A DNA stretch of 64,000 nt, taken from contig JBJBDC010000001.1 in the NCBI GenBank assembly GCA_047285535.1, positions 864,136 to 928,135 of the forward strand. Direction: 5' to 3'. Position numbers and translations under genes: made by a program. Source of the stretch: Synechococcus sp. GTDB taxonomy: Bacteria > Cyanobacteriota > Cyanobacteriia > PCC-6307 > Cyanobiaceae. This document shows, in pieces, positions 1-8,868 of this stretch; within the stretch, counting starts at the first letter, position 1, and each line of letters opens with the position of its first letter. The notes under the pieces are model-generated. The model saw only the letters and a program-made list of their open reading frames with translations. It was not told the origin of the DNA and made no database searches.

Positions 1-2097
1 GGAAAACCTGCCAAGTTGGCGGCAATGATCAGTGACGAATCTCCCAATCCTGAATTTCGCGAAAAGTATCAAAAAGATCCGACTGTGAAGCGTTGGGTTG
101 ATATGGCGATGCGGATTGAAGGAACGAACAAAACATTCGGTGTTCACGCGGCAGGTGTTGTGATTGCAGCAGACCCTTTGGATGAACTCGTACCTCTTCA
201 AAGAAACAACGATGGACAGATCATCACTCAATACTTCATGGAAGATGTGGAGTCCATGGGACTATTGAAGATGGATTTCCTTGGCCTTAAAAACCTCACG
301 ATGATCGATAAAACTCTGGAACTTGTAGCGAGCAGCATTGGAGAACGCATTGATCCAGACAAACTTCCATCGGAGGATCCGGAAACATTTGCTCTCTTAG
401 CTCGTGGTGATCTTGAAGGAATTTTTCAGCTTGAGTCCACTGGAATGAGGCAAATCGTTCGCGACCTCAAGCCATCATCTCTTGAAGATATTTCTTCAAT
501 TTTGGCGCTCTATCGCCCCGGTCCACTCGATGCAGGATTGATCCCTAAATTTATCAATCGAAAACATGGTCGTGAAGTCATTGATTTTGCTCATCATTCG
601 ATTGAACCAATCCTTCAAGAGACCTATGGAATCATGGTTTATCAGGAGCAAATCATGAAAATTGCTCAAGACATGGCTGGATATTCGCTTGGCGAAGCGG
701 ATTTACTCAGGCGCGCGATGGGCAAGAAGAAAGTGTCAGAAATGCAGAAACATCGAGGCATTTTTGTCGAGGGTGCTGCTGAGCGAGGAGTCGAAAAAAA
801 GGTTGCTGATGAATTATTCGACCAAATGGTTTTATTTGCTGAATATTGCTTCAACAAGAGTCATTCCACTGCCTATGGAGCTGTTACTTACCAGACTGCA
901 TATTTAAAAGCGCATTACCCGGTGGCTTACATGGCTGCCTTGCTAACGGTTAACGCTGGAGCCAGTGACAAGGTGCAGCGCTATATCTCAAATTGCAATG
1001 CCATGGGCATTGAAGTGATGCCTCCGGATATCAATGCATCCGGAATTGATTTCACTCCCAAAGGTGAGCGCATCCTGTTTGGCTTATCTGCTGTTCGCAA
1101 CCTCGGCGACGGAGCCATTCGCGCAGTCATTGCGTCCAGGCAAGAGGAAGGATGTTTCGAGTCCTTAGCGGATCTCTGCGATCGACTTCCTTCTTCAGTG
1201 TTGAATCGAAGAAGCATAGAATCACTGATCCATTGCGGAGCAATGGATGCACTCGAGCCGAAAGCCAATCGAGCTCAATTGATGGCTGATTTGGATCTTC
1301 TTCTGGATTGGGCCACATCACGAGCCAAAGATCGAGCCAGTGGTCAGGGAAATTTGTTTGATCTGATGGCAGCACCGAGTGATGGTGCTGATTCCGCGGT
1401 CAAGGATCTCAGCCTGGCGCCCAAAGCCCCTGCAGTTAAGGATTACCACCCCACGGAAAAGCTCAGATTGGAAAAGGATCTCGTGGGTTTCTATCTTTCC
1501 GACCATCCGTTAAAACAGCTCACTCCGCCCGCGAAGCTATTGGCTCCAATCGGCCTCGGAAGTCTTGAAGAACAAGCCGATAAATCCAAGGTCAGCGCTA
1601 TCGCCATGATCAGTGAGATGCGTCAGGTCACCACTCGAAAGGGAGATCGAATGGCAATCCTGACCCTCGAAGATCTCACTGGTTCTTGTGAAGCCGTGGT
1701 CTTTCCCAAAAGCTATGCACGTTTATCGGATCACCTCGTCGCTGAAGCTCGCCTGCTTGTCTGGGCAGCTGTCGATCGCCGTGACGATCGGGTCCAACTG
1801 ATCATTGATGACTGTCGAGCCATCGATGATTTGCGCTTGCTGATGGTGGAACTTGATCCTGAGCAGGCCAGTGATGTAGCTGTACAGCACAAACTGCGTG
1901 AATGTCTTCAGGCTTATCGCCCTGACCAGGAGGAATTAGGTGTGCGAGTGCCAGTCATCGCTGCAGTGCGTCAAGGCACAGCTGTTCGCTATGTGCGACT
2001 TGGTCCTCAGTTCTGCGTGCGTGATGCTTCCGCTGCCGCCGTTCACTTACAAGAACGTTCTTTCAAGGTTCAATGTAGTGAACCTCTTCTCAATTAA
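1..2097 (+). CDS. dnaE: DNA polymerase III alpha subunit, 5'-truncated by window edge
   Basis: Frame open from base 1; motifs GVHAAGVVI, GLLKMDFLGL, YRPGP, FAEYCFNKSHS; C-terminal OB fold. Confidence 0.98.
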   Translation, partial: GKPAKLAAMISDESPNPEFREKYQKDPTVKRWVDMAMRIEGTNKTFGVHAAGVVIAADPLDELVPLQRNNDGQIITQYFMEDVESMGLLKMDFLGLKNLTMIDKTLELVASSIGERIDPDKLPSEDPETFALLARGDLEGIFQLESTGMRQIVRDLKPSSLEDISSILALYRPGPLDAGLIPKFINRKHGREVIDFAHHSIEPILQETYGIMVYQEQIMKIAQDMAGYSLGEADLLRRAMGKKKVSEMQKHRGIFVEGAAERGVEKKVADELFDQMVLFAEYCFNKSHSTAYGAVTYQTAYLKAHYPVAYMAALLTVNAGASDKVQRYISNCNAMGIEVMPPDINASGIDFTPKGERILFGLSAVRNLGDGAIRAVIASRQEEGCFESLADLCDRLPSSVLNRRSIESLIHCGAMDALEPKANRAQLMADLDLLLDWATSRAKDRASGQGNLFDLMAAPSDGADSAVKDLSLAPKAPAVKDYHPTEKLRLEKDLVGFYLSDHPLKQLTPPAKLLAPIGLGSLEEQADKSKVSAIAMISEMRQVTTRKGDRMAILTLEDLTGSCEAVVFPKSYARLSDHLVAEARLLVWAAVDRRDDRVQLIIDDCRAIDDLRLLMVELDPEQASDVAVQHKLRECLQAYRPDQEELGVRVPVIAAVRQGTAVRYVRLGPQFCVRDASAAAVHLQERSFKVQCSEPLLN

Positions 2098-2134
2098 AGG
2101 GGAGAATTAAACTGAAACTGAAACAAAAGCCAAT

Positions 2135-2551
2135 TCAACTCTGTTGTTGAGTACGAATCGATTCTCTCATTCTCTGGAAATTGATCTTGATATTCTCCAG
2201 CCCAAGGAATGTCCCCGATTCTTGTTCCCAGCTGGCAGATAAAACTCCATAGCTCAGTCCACCCAGCCCCAACAAAAAGAAACCTCCTGAGACAATCAAT
2301 GTGACACCAGGAGGAACATCCAGTATTTGACGAGAAACCAGAAAGTAACTGGCTACAAAGACACCCATTCCGATGATGGAAGGAATCCCGGTGGCTATTG
2401 CTACCCGACGTGCCATGCGATTGGCAACAGCCTTCGGTATGGGTTGGCTACGTACAGATGTTGCTGAATTTTTGCCAGGTTTTGCTTGAGATTTGGATCC
2501 ATCAGCTGATCGTCGCGGCTCAAAAGGCAAGGAGTTGCGTCGGTCAGCCAT
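2135..2551 (-). CDS. PAM68 family (DUF3464) photosystem II assembly membrane protein
   Basis: IPKAVANRMARR, two TM helices, SYGVLSASW motif; follows rpsO; likely start MADRRNS. Confidence 0.9.
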   Translation of the reverse strand: MADRRNSLPFEPRRSADGSKSQAKPGKNSATSVRSQPIPKAVANRMARRVAIATGIPSIIGMGVFVASYFLVSRQILDVPPGVTLIVSGGFFLLGLGGLSYGVLSASWEQESGTFLGLENIKINFQRMRESIRTQQQS

Positions 2552-2585
2552 GGCTATGGGGGTCTTGAACTCAAATGCAGCTTGC

Positions 2586-2855
2586 TTAGCCGCGAATTCC
2601 AAGCTTAGAAATCAAATCGCTGTAGCGCTGTTCGCTTTTGCCACGAACATAACCAAGCAAACGCTTGCGACGTCCAATCATTTTCAACAGGCCCTGACGA
2701 GACGAATAATCGTGGATGTTCTGTTGAAGATGGCTGCTCAGCTTCGAGATGCGCTCGCTCAGCATGGCGACCTGAACCTCTGCCGATCCTGTATCGGTGG
2801 CATGGGTTTGATGGCTGTTGATGAGTTGCTGCTTTTCAGTGGTATCAAGCGACAT
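2586..2855 (-). CDS. rpsO: 30S ribosomal protein S15
   Basis: [12 protein letters not shown]...[20 protein letters not shown], 89 aa. Confidence 0.99.
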   Translation of the reverse strand: MSLDTTEKQQLINSHQTHATDTGSAEVQVAMLSERISKLSSHLQQNIHDYSSRQGLLKMIGRRKRLLGYVRGKSEQRYSDLISKLGIRG

Positions 2856-3391
2856 GCGCGGCGTCCGGACCTTTCAGGGCAAAGATCTAATTTACCTCTT
2901 CATGTGCAGAATGAGGAAGACTTTACGTAAGCAAGTCCTATCAATGGATTTGACGGAAAACAAGTCCACAGGTAGCTGTACCAAGTGGCTGTTCCCATAG
3001 GAATAGTGCAGCGATGGGCTCAGCTTCAAAGCTCGCTAGGGCGGACGGAGGTCAAGCCTGCGGCTCCGTGGTACGTCCACAGATGCACCTCAGTGCGCTT
3101 AGACGCAATGACGCGGGCAGCCTTGCTTCGACAAACGGGTGCTACTGCTCAGGATCGTTGTGTGAGACATGGATCTCCGCGATTGCAAAATCCGAGCACT
3201 GACAGTCAGGTCCCAGCATTTCTTCGAGATCAGCGTGGGAGCATCCATCAACCCAATCCAAGACAGCGATCTCAGCAGACAAAATCCCCAAGCTGATGAC
3301 AAAGCTCGCGTTTGCTTCGGTAGATGTGGGGGAACACCTAAAAATCCTGGGATTCAAGGCCCAGGGCGTTCTTTTGTCGTAACGTCAATAC

Positions 3392-3637
3392 ATGAAAAAA
3401 ATCATTCTTATTCTTTTCATTGTATTAGCAGCTGGTGGCTGGTCTGGAGGCACTTATGGATCACGCATAGAAGCCAGGAAGGCAAGCCAAAAATGGCAGA
3501 AAGCTGATCCTAATAATCGAGTTTGCCATCTATCAAGTGACTACCGGGAGAAACAATTCAATTGTTTCCAAAAAGATAGTGATGAACAGAACTATGACGA
3601 TCCAAAATATTTTTATTTTAAATGGGGCAGTCAATAA
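3392..3637 (+). CDS. Small hypothetical exported or membrane-anchored protein
   Basis: MKK plus hydrophobic N-terminus, two Cys, AT-rich composition. Confidence 0.6.
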   Translation: MKKIILILFIVLAAGGWSGGTYGSRIEARKASQKWQKADPNNRVCHLSSDYREKQFNCFQKDSDEQNYDDPKYFYFKWGSQ

Positions 3638-4753
3638 TTTCTTTGCCGTGGATCGCAAGAAGTTCGCGCTGTCTCCATCAATCGCTCTCACTGTTGGGCG
3701 AACTCTTTAGTTCCATAGGAAGAGCCCGAGTCTGGGAGGTGCGTGGAACTCCTAAGGTTTGAACGCTCGGCGCCTAAACGAATTGTACAGATTCCATGGA
3801 TTGACTTCTTCCTTGTGTTGAGTCGTGAGTGTGGGGTTCTTCTGCCAACCATTGTCGGTTAGACCCTTGCATCTGTTGCTCGCGCCAATGTTTTTTTGAA
3901 CCAATGTCGTATTGGGTTGTACGAAATTCGAATACTCTGATTAGCTTCAACAGCTTTGATCGAAAATCGATCAATTTTGGGTTGCGTCATTCCGCCAACC
4001 TGGCGGTTTGTCGTTTGCGCCATTGGGCCAATACTTTTTGGCCCTTTGGCAATACCACCACTGAACAACACAGGGGAGTGGCATATCGAGTTGGCGCCAG
4101 GGGCTCCAAAGCTCGTCCATCAACAGCTGTTGAATCACAGATTATTCCAAACTCTCATCAATAGGGCAGTGATCGCCAATGCGGTCTTACACAGCAACAT
4201 CTTTTGCTGTTGCAACACCGTTGTCCATCCACTCGAACTGGACCGACCACAAGATCCGTTTTTAGCTGCTCAACAGCAGTTGCCATACGTTGAAGGTTCA
4301 GAGCCTTATGAAAGCCAGTTCTTGCCTTCTGATACAGGGTTTGATGAGCTCTGTAGAAATCCATCTGGAGAAACCAATAACCTTCCAAGGACTTTCTTCT
4401 TCTCAGCAGTCGCAATTAGTTGCCCAAGGTCCACCCCTGATGGCGTAGTTCTCAGGACCATCAAGAGTTCGGTTTAATCAACAGTGATCGGCAGTCGCTT
4501 TCCAAGCAATGAGTTGCTTGCAGTCTGGCGATATGGACGGACAGCTCCCAGAATAAGTTTCAGGCATGGCTTCAAAGTCGAACTCACAGCTCTTGAACTG
4601 CTCTGAAGAGATTGAGACGATTCACAAGAAGGAATTGATTGTCATCCCTTCGTTGCCATTTAGCATCAATGCAAATGTGAATTAGAGCTCAAGTTCTATT
4701 TCTCCAGAGTCAGCGAGCAAGTCTTAGTACCACCATTGAATGCACCAGAGGTC

Positions 4754-5413
4754 TTACGCAGAAGGACGATTTAACCAACGCAAACTGGCCCGTAACCAAC
4801 CATCACCGTCATCAGAGGCCGGGACATCACTTCCTGCCGCCACTGCGCGCATGGCTCGACGGATCTCCAGGTCCTCGTAGCCCAGTGCGCTCAAAGTGAG
4901 TTGTAAATCCTCAAGAGGGTCAGGCTGAATCGGTAGCTGTTTGAGGTCACTCCGATCAACAAGAGAAAGCCCGGAAGAATCACTCTCGTGCTGCGCACTC
5001 CAGGCACCAAGACGATCACGCAGTTCCACAGCGAGCCGCTCAGCTGTTCGTTTACCAACCCCCTGAGCCTGGGTCAGTCGGCGCAGATCACCATCGATGA
5101 TGGCTTCAATCAGCTCTTCTGCCCTACAGCACTCCAATAATGCAAGACCCATCTGGGGCCCGACACCATTGACGCTGATCAGAACTCGAAACAGGTCTCG
5201 CTCCCTTCGATCAGGGAAACCAAACAAACTGGATCCATCGTCCCGCTGAACCTGATGAATCCAAACGGTGCAAATCGTACCGGCGGAGAGTGGTTGCAGG
5301 TATCGAGAAGCCAATTGGACTTCGTAACCAACTCCAGCGCAGGCAATAACCAAGCCCTGACGTCCGCCCTGACTCCAGTGTTCGATGCGCTCACCTTGCA
5401 GCCAACCGATCAT
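4754..5413 (-). CDS. ruvA: Holliday junction branch migration protein RuvA
   Basis: MIGWLQG, GVGYEV, LISVNGVGP, QGVGKRTAERLAVEL, L.ALGY. Confidence 0.98.
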   Translation of the reverse strand: MIGWLQGERIEHWSQGGRQGLVIACAGVGYEVQLASRYLQPLSAGTICTVWIHQVQRDDGSSLFGFPDRRERDLFRVLISVNGVGPQMGLALLECCRAEELIEAIIDGDLRRLTQAQGVGKRTAERLAVELRDRLGAWSAQHESDSSGLSLVDRSDLKQLPIQPDPLEDLQLTLSALGYEDLEIRRAMRAVAAGSDVPASDDGDGWLRASLRWLNRPSA

Positions 5414-5643
5414 GCGAAAGAGTCCAATTGCTGTATCAACATTTGCTCGGGCACTGAGTATGAGAAGGAATCAGACCAATCAACCTGTGAGCCAAGACCA
5501 GCCAGCTCACACAGGATGGTCAGTCTGCGAAATGAGATTCGCTCGATCATCCGTAAGAAAAACCCAGCAAGACGCACATTGATCTGTTCCTTTTTAGAAC
5601 TGAATTTCGCACCACTGTTACCACCAGACTGAACCTGAGCCAT
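5410..5643 (-). CDS. Hypothetical protein overlapping the ruvA start
   Basis: Stop overlaps the ruvA ATG (ATGA); no recognisable domain. Confidence 0.3.
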   Translation of the reverse strand: MAQVQSGGNSGAKFSSKKEQINVRLAGFFLRMIERISFRRLTILCELAGLGSQVDWSDSFSYSVPEQMLIQQLDSFA

Positions 5644-5856
5644 AGAAAAGATCTGGTCTTTGGTCAAAAAATCACAAAAGCCTTCTTCTGCTCATCAAAG
5701 GAGCGCAGGAGGGAAACTGACTCTCAAAGTCCCTCATAAGAGCTCCAAAGCAGTCGTGGAGCTCTGAACGTTTGGATCGATCACGAAGATGCTCAGAAAA
5801 GGCAATGGCAGCATGCCCAAAGAAGTGGAGCAACGGTTCAACGAAACGACAGACAT

Positions 5857-5883
5857 AAAAAAGAAGGCCAGGAAGCCTTCTTT
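5857..5883 (-). terminator. Rho-independent terminator of the candidate sRNA
   Basis: 9-bp inverted repeat aaagaaggc/gccttcttt with 6-nt loop; U6 tail on the minus strand. Confidence 0.75.
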
Positions 5884-5931
5884 AGGGGTGTGAGGAACCA
5901 AATCGTGTGAGGAGATGGCTTCTCCATCGAT
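5857..5931 (-). ncRNA. Candidate Yfr1-like small RNA with two CCUCACAC seed motifs
   Basis: Minus strand reads GATGG-agaag-CCATC (5' hairpin), CTCCTCACAC (5914-5905), TTCCTCACAC (5897-5888), then terminator hairpin GAAGGC-ttcctg-GCCTTC and TTTTTT. Confidence 0.7.
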
Positions 5932-6201
5932 AGGAACACTGAGCCAATGAGTCAACAAGCTGATGCTCTGAGGTTTGTTGCAACTGACAGACCTTACTGT
6001 GTACTGATGTGCATCAGAACCTCTTGAAATCAAAGCGTCAAGCCAAAACCAACACAGGACAAACTCGTCAATCACGGCCCCAATCAACCGGATATGGAGA
6101 CAATGCCTTTGAATCCACAAAAAAGGCGATTACCTGCACATCATCGATTCAAGCTTTTAATCTTGATCCACGCAGAAACCCTGACCTGTTAAGGTAAAGA
6201 A

Positions 6202-6230
6202 ATAATGGAAATAATTATCGCTTTCATTAT
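6202..6230. promoter_or_regulatory. Putative Fur-family (Fur/Zur/PerR) operator upstream of the porin
   Basis: AT-rich imperfect palindrome ataatggaaataattatcgctttcattat containing the 7-1-7-like TGGAAAT-A-ATTATCG. Confidence 0.4.
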
Positions 6231-6232
6231 AT

Positions 6233-6242
6233 TTGTGTGAGG
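6233..6242 (+). promoter_or_regulatory. Yfr1-type sRNA target site overlapping the porin RBS
   Basis: TTGTGTGAGG ends 6 nt before the TTG start; complementary to CCUCACAC. Confidence 0.7.
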
Positions 6243-6248
6243 TTTAAT

Positions 6249-7823
6249 TTGAAACTATTTCGCAAACTGCTGGTGGCTCCAGCGGCTCTGGGTCTTCTGG
6301 CCCCTGTGGCTGCGAACGCCACTGAGCTGAACATCAACGGTGTGTCTGACTACACCGCCACTGGTGAACAGGTCACCAGCATCACTCAGTTTTCTGATGT
6401 GTACCCCACGGATTGGGCCTATCAGGCCCTGAGCAACCTGATCGAACGCTACGGCTGCGTCGCTGGATACCCCAACGGCACCTACCGCGGCAACAGGGCG
6501 ATGACCCGCTTTGAAGCGGCGGCTCTGTTGAACGCCTGTCTCGATCGCGTCACCGAAGTGACCGACGAACTCAAGCGCTTGATGAAAGAGTTCGAGAAGG
6601 AACTCGCCATCCTCAAGGGCCGTGTGGACGGACTGGAAGCCCGTGTTGGTGAACTGGAAGCCACTCAGTTCTCCACCACCACCAAGCTGAAAGGTCTAGC
6701 GACTTTTGCCATTGGCGCTAATAACTTTTATGGAACGAAATCATTAACTCGTGAAAGCAAACGCGAGTTTGGAGGCACCACGTTTAATTACGACCTTCAA
6801 TTAAGCCTTGAAACAAGTTTCACAGGAAAAGATCTACTCCTTACGGTCTTAAGATCTGGAAACTTTGAAACATCTGCATTTGGTGATGGTGGTGGACCAA
6901 CAGGACTATCCACCTTGGAAACCGCATTCCAAGAAGACTCTGGCCCTAATTCCGTAGGGATCGATAAATTATTTTATCAATTCCCAGTTGGCAGCTCATT
7001 CACCTTCACTTTGGGTGGACAAGTAGGCCAAGAGGACATGCTGGCTGTTTGGCCAAGTGCATATCCAAGTGAAACTATTTTAAATGTAACGACTCTCAAT
7101 GGCGCGCCAGCTGCTTACAACAAAAATCTAGGGCCAGGTGCGGGTGTGAGCTGGGCAACAGAAAGCGGATTTAGCATTTCTGCTAACTACGTTGCAGCGA
7201 ATGGAGCCATTGGAAATCCCAGGGAAGGTGGAATTGCGACCAGGAATTCATTGTCCTCTGGAACAGTTCAAATTGCCTATGAATCAGAGAACTGGAACAT
7301 AGCCGCTATTTATTCTGGAATCCAGAATTCAGCACAACTAATAGGAGGGTTTGGTACGACTTTTAATGAAGTGTTCACTGGCTCCAATGCCTTTATGAAT
7401 GCATGGGGCATTGGTGGTTCATGGCAACCTCAAGAGAGTGGCTGGATCCCCTCTATTTCTGCTGGATACGGATACAACACTGTAGAGGCAAACATTGATT
7501 TCGAAGTTTCAGGGAGCCAATCCTGGCTTGTAGGCCTGCAGTGGAATGATGTGTTCCTTAAGGGGAACAATGCTGGTATGGCCGTTGGTCAACCCGTTTT
7601 TGCCACAAGACAGAAAGGAGATTTCACTCCAGGAGACGGCAACTATGTATGGGAATGGTGGTATCAATTCCAGGTTACAGACAATATTAGCGTTACACCT
7701 GCATTGTTTTATCTCTCGAGTCCACTTGGCCAGTTCACTGAGCAGTTCACTGAGCAATTTGCTGGCAATGGCGCAACTTTTTCACAGCTTGGAGGACTCG
7801 TTAAAACTTCATTTAAATTCTAG
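6249..7823 (+). CDS. Cyanobacterial Som-type porin (SLH domain plus OprB-like beta-barrel)
   Basis: Signal peptide, SLH motif FSDVYPTDWAYQAL...TRFEAAA, coiled coil, FSTTTKL, terminal KTSFKF; TTG start MKLFRKLLVA. Confidence 0.96.
   Translation: MKLFRKLLVAPAALGLLAPVAANATELNINGVSDYTATGEQVTSITQFSDVYPTDWAYQALSNLIERYGCVAGYPNGTYRGNRAMTRFEAAALLNACLDRVTEVTDELKRLMKEFEKELAILKGRVDGLEARVGELEATQFSTTTKLKGLATFAIGANNFYGTKSLTRESKREFGGTTFNYDLQLSLETSFTGKDLLLTVLRSGNFETSAFGDGGGPTGLSTLETAFQEDSGPNSVGIDKLFYQFPVGSSFTFTLGGQVGQEDMLAVWPSAYPSETILNVTTLNGAPAAYNKNLGPGAGVSWATESGFSISANYVAANGAIGNPREGGIATRNSLSSGTVQIAYESENWNIAAIYSGIQNSAQLIGGFGTTFNEVFTGSNAFMNAWGIGGSWQPQESGWIPSISAGYGYNTVEANIDFEVSGSQSWLVGLQWNDVFLKGNNAGMAVGQPVFATRQKGDFTPGDGNYVWEWWYQFQVTDNISVTPALFYLSSPLGQFTEQFTEQFAGNGATFSQLGGLVKTSFKF
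7731..7760 (+). repeat. 12-bp tandem duplication in a porin C-terminal loop (QFTE-QFTE-QF)
   Basis: cagttcactgag x2 followed by caattt. Confidence 0.85.
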
Positions 7824-7829
7824 ATATGT

Positions 7830-7858
7830 CCAGGCCTGATTTGCATCAGGCCTGGTTT
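7830..7858 (+). terminator. Porin terminator
   Basis: Perfect 11-bp inverted repeat ccaggcctgat-ttgc-atcaggcctgg followed by ttt. Confidence 0.8.
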
Positions 7859-8368
7859 CAATAGTCACGAAAAAATCACAACTGAAGCGATGATCACGAA
7901 AAATCTTGCCAAAATCATATTATTGCATGAGCATAGAAGAGCTTGAATGGACAAGCTCTCACTTCAAAACCAGATCTCACTGAACCTGAACTTACATCGC
8001 CGTAAAAAATCGATTCCCGCAAAAGACGACTGCAGTGCAACAACAATCACATAAACAAATTTCCCAGCCAAAGCATTCATCGGCCACCTCCTAGTATGAC
8101 AACAAAACTCCCATTTTATCAAAAAAAATACAACCAGAAACTAACTACACTGATGAGCTGCCATAGGCTAGTCCGTTCAGAACGTATCTGAATCGATTGA
8201 TGAAATTGAGTGCAAAGACACAGCAATACTTGGCATGGACCAAGCCTTCTCGTTAGATTTTACCTACCCTTTATCCTGAATTAGTAATCTCAATCAAATA
8301 ATCCGTACACCATCTATGATCGGAACGACAGAAATCCATGATTTGGTTATCAAAGACCTCATCTGCTC

Positions 8369-8851
8369 ATGTTGACTGACCTGGCTGGCCTTTCATGTCA
8401 AAACTTTTGGATTGTTCCTTCCAAACGCCTCGTTGAGGGGTTGTTGGTTTTAGCGCTGGTGTTGCTCCTAAGCGTGGGATTAACCGGGTGTGGGCCCTTC
8501 GACCAACCGCCACGAAGTGTGCTGTTGAAAGCTCTTGGTCTACAGATTGAATTGACCCAAACGGCGATTGCCCACTCTTTGGAGTTAGAGCCAGCTGGGG
8601 TCCCGGAGGTGAGTCGTGTGCGCATAGAAAATCAAGAGTCCATTCGCTTGGGTGAGCAACGCGGAATCCATCTCAGAGGCCGTTTCGACTGGCGACTGCC
8701 AGCTGACCCCGTACGTGTTGACAGTCCTTTTGAACTTTTCTTGGAGCGTGGTGAACAGGGTGAAAGCTGGCAATTGATTCAACCTGTTGGCTCCAGCGAT
8801 GGAACATCTCAGGATTGGATCACCCATCCGCTACCGATAGATTCGCCCTGA
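8369..8851 (+). CDS. Conserved hypothetical lipoprotein (true start probably downstream)
   Basis: Lipobox-like LTGC after a hydrophobic stretch; SPFELFLERG..GESW motif. Confidence 0.75.
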   Translation: MLTDLAGLSCQNFWIVPSKRLVEGLLVLALVLLLSVGLTGCGPFDQPPRSVLLKALGLQIELTQTAIAHSLELEPAGVPEVSRVRIENQESIRLGEQRGIHLRGRFDWRLPADPVRVDSPFELFLERGEQGESWQLIQPVGSSDGTSQDWITHPLPIDSP

Positions 8852-8868
8852 ACCCAACGATCAAATCG

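Noticed and set aside
835..866. DnaE split-intein insertion site
   Set aside because: FAEY-CFNKSH is contiguous; no intein, as expected for marine picocyanobacteria
3661..3772. Glutamine-II (downstream-peptide) riboswitch-like pattern on the minus strand (CGTTCA...CGCA...ATGGAAC); also GTGCG as a group II intron start
   Set aside because: P1 partner GAACGG is not intact, no DUF4278-like peptide follows, and no RT or domain V is seen; an Infernal search would settle it
3956..4477. 173-aa plus-strand ORF
   Set aside because: Composition typical of an antisense shadow; no motif recognised
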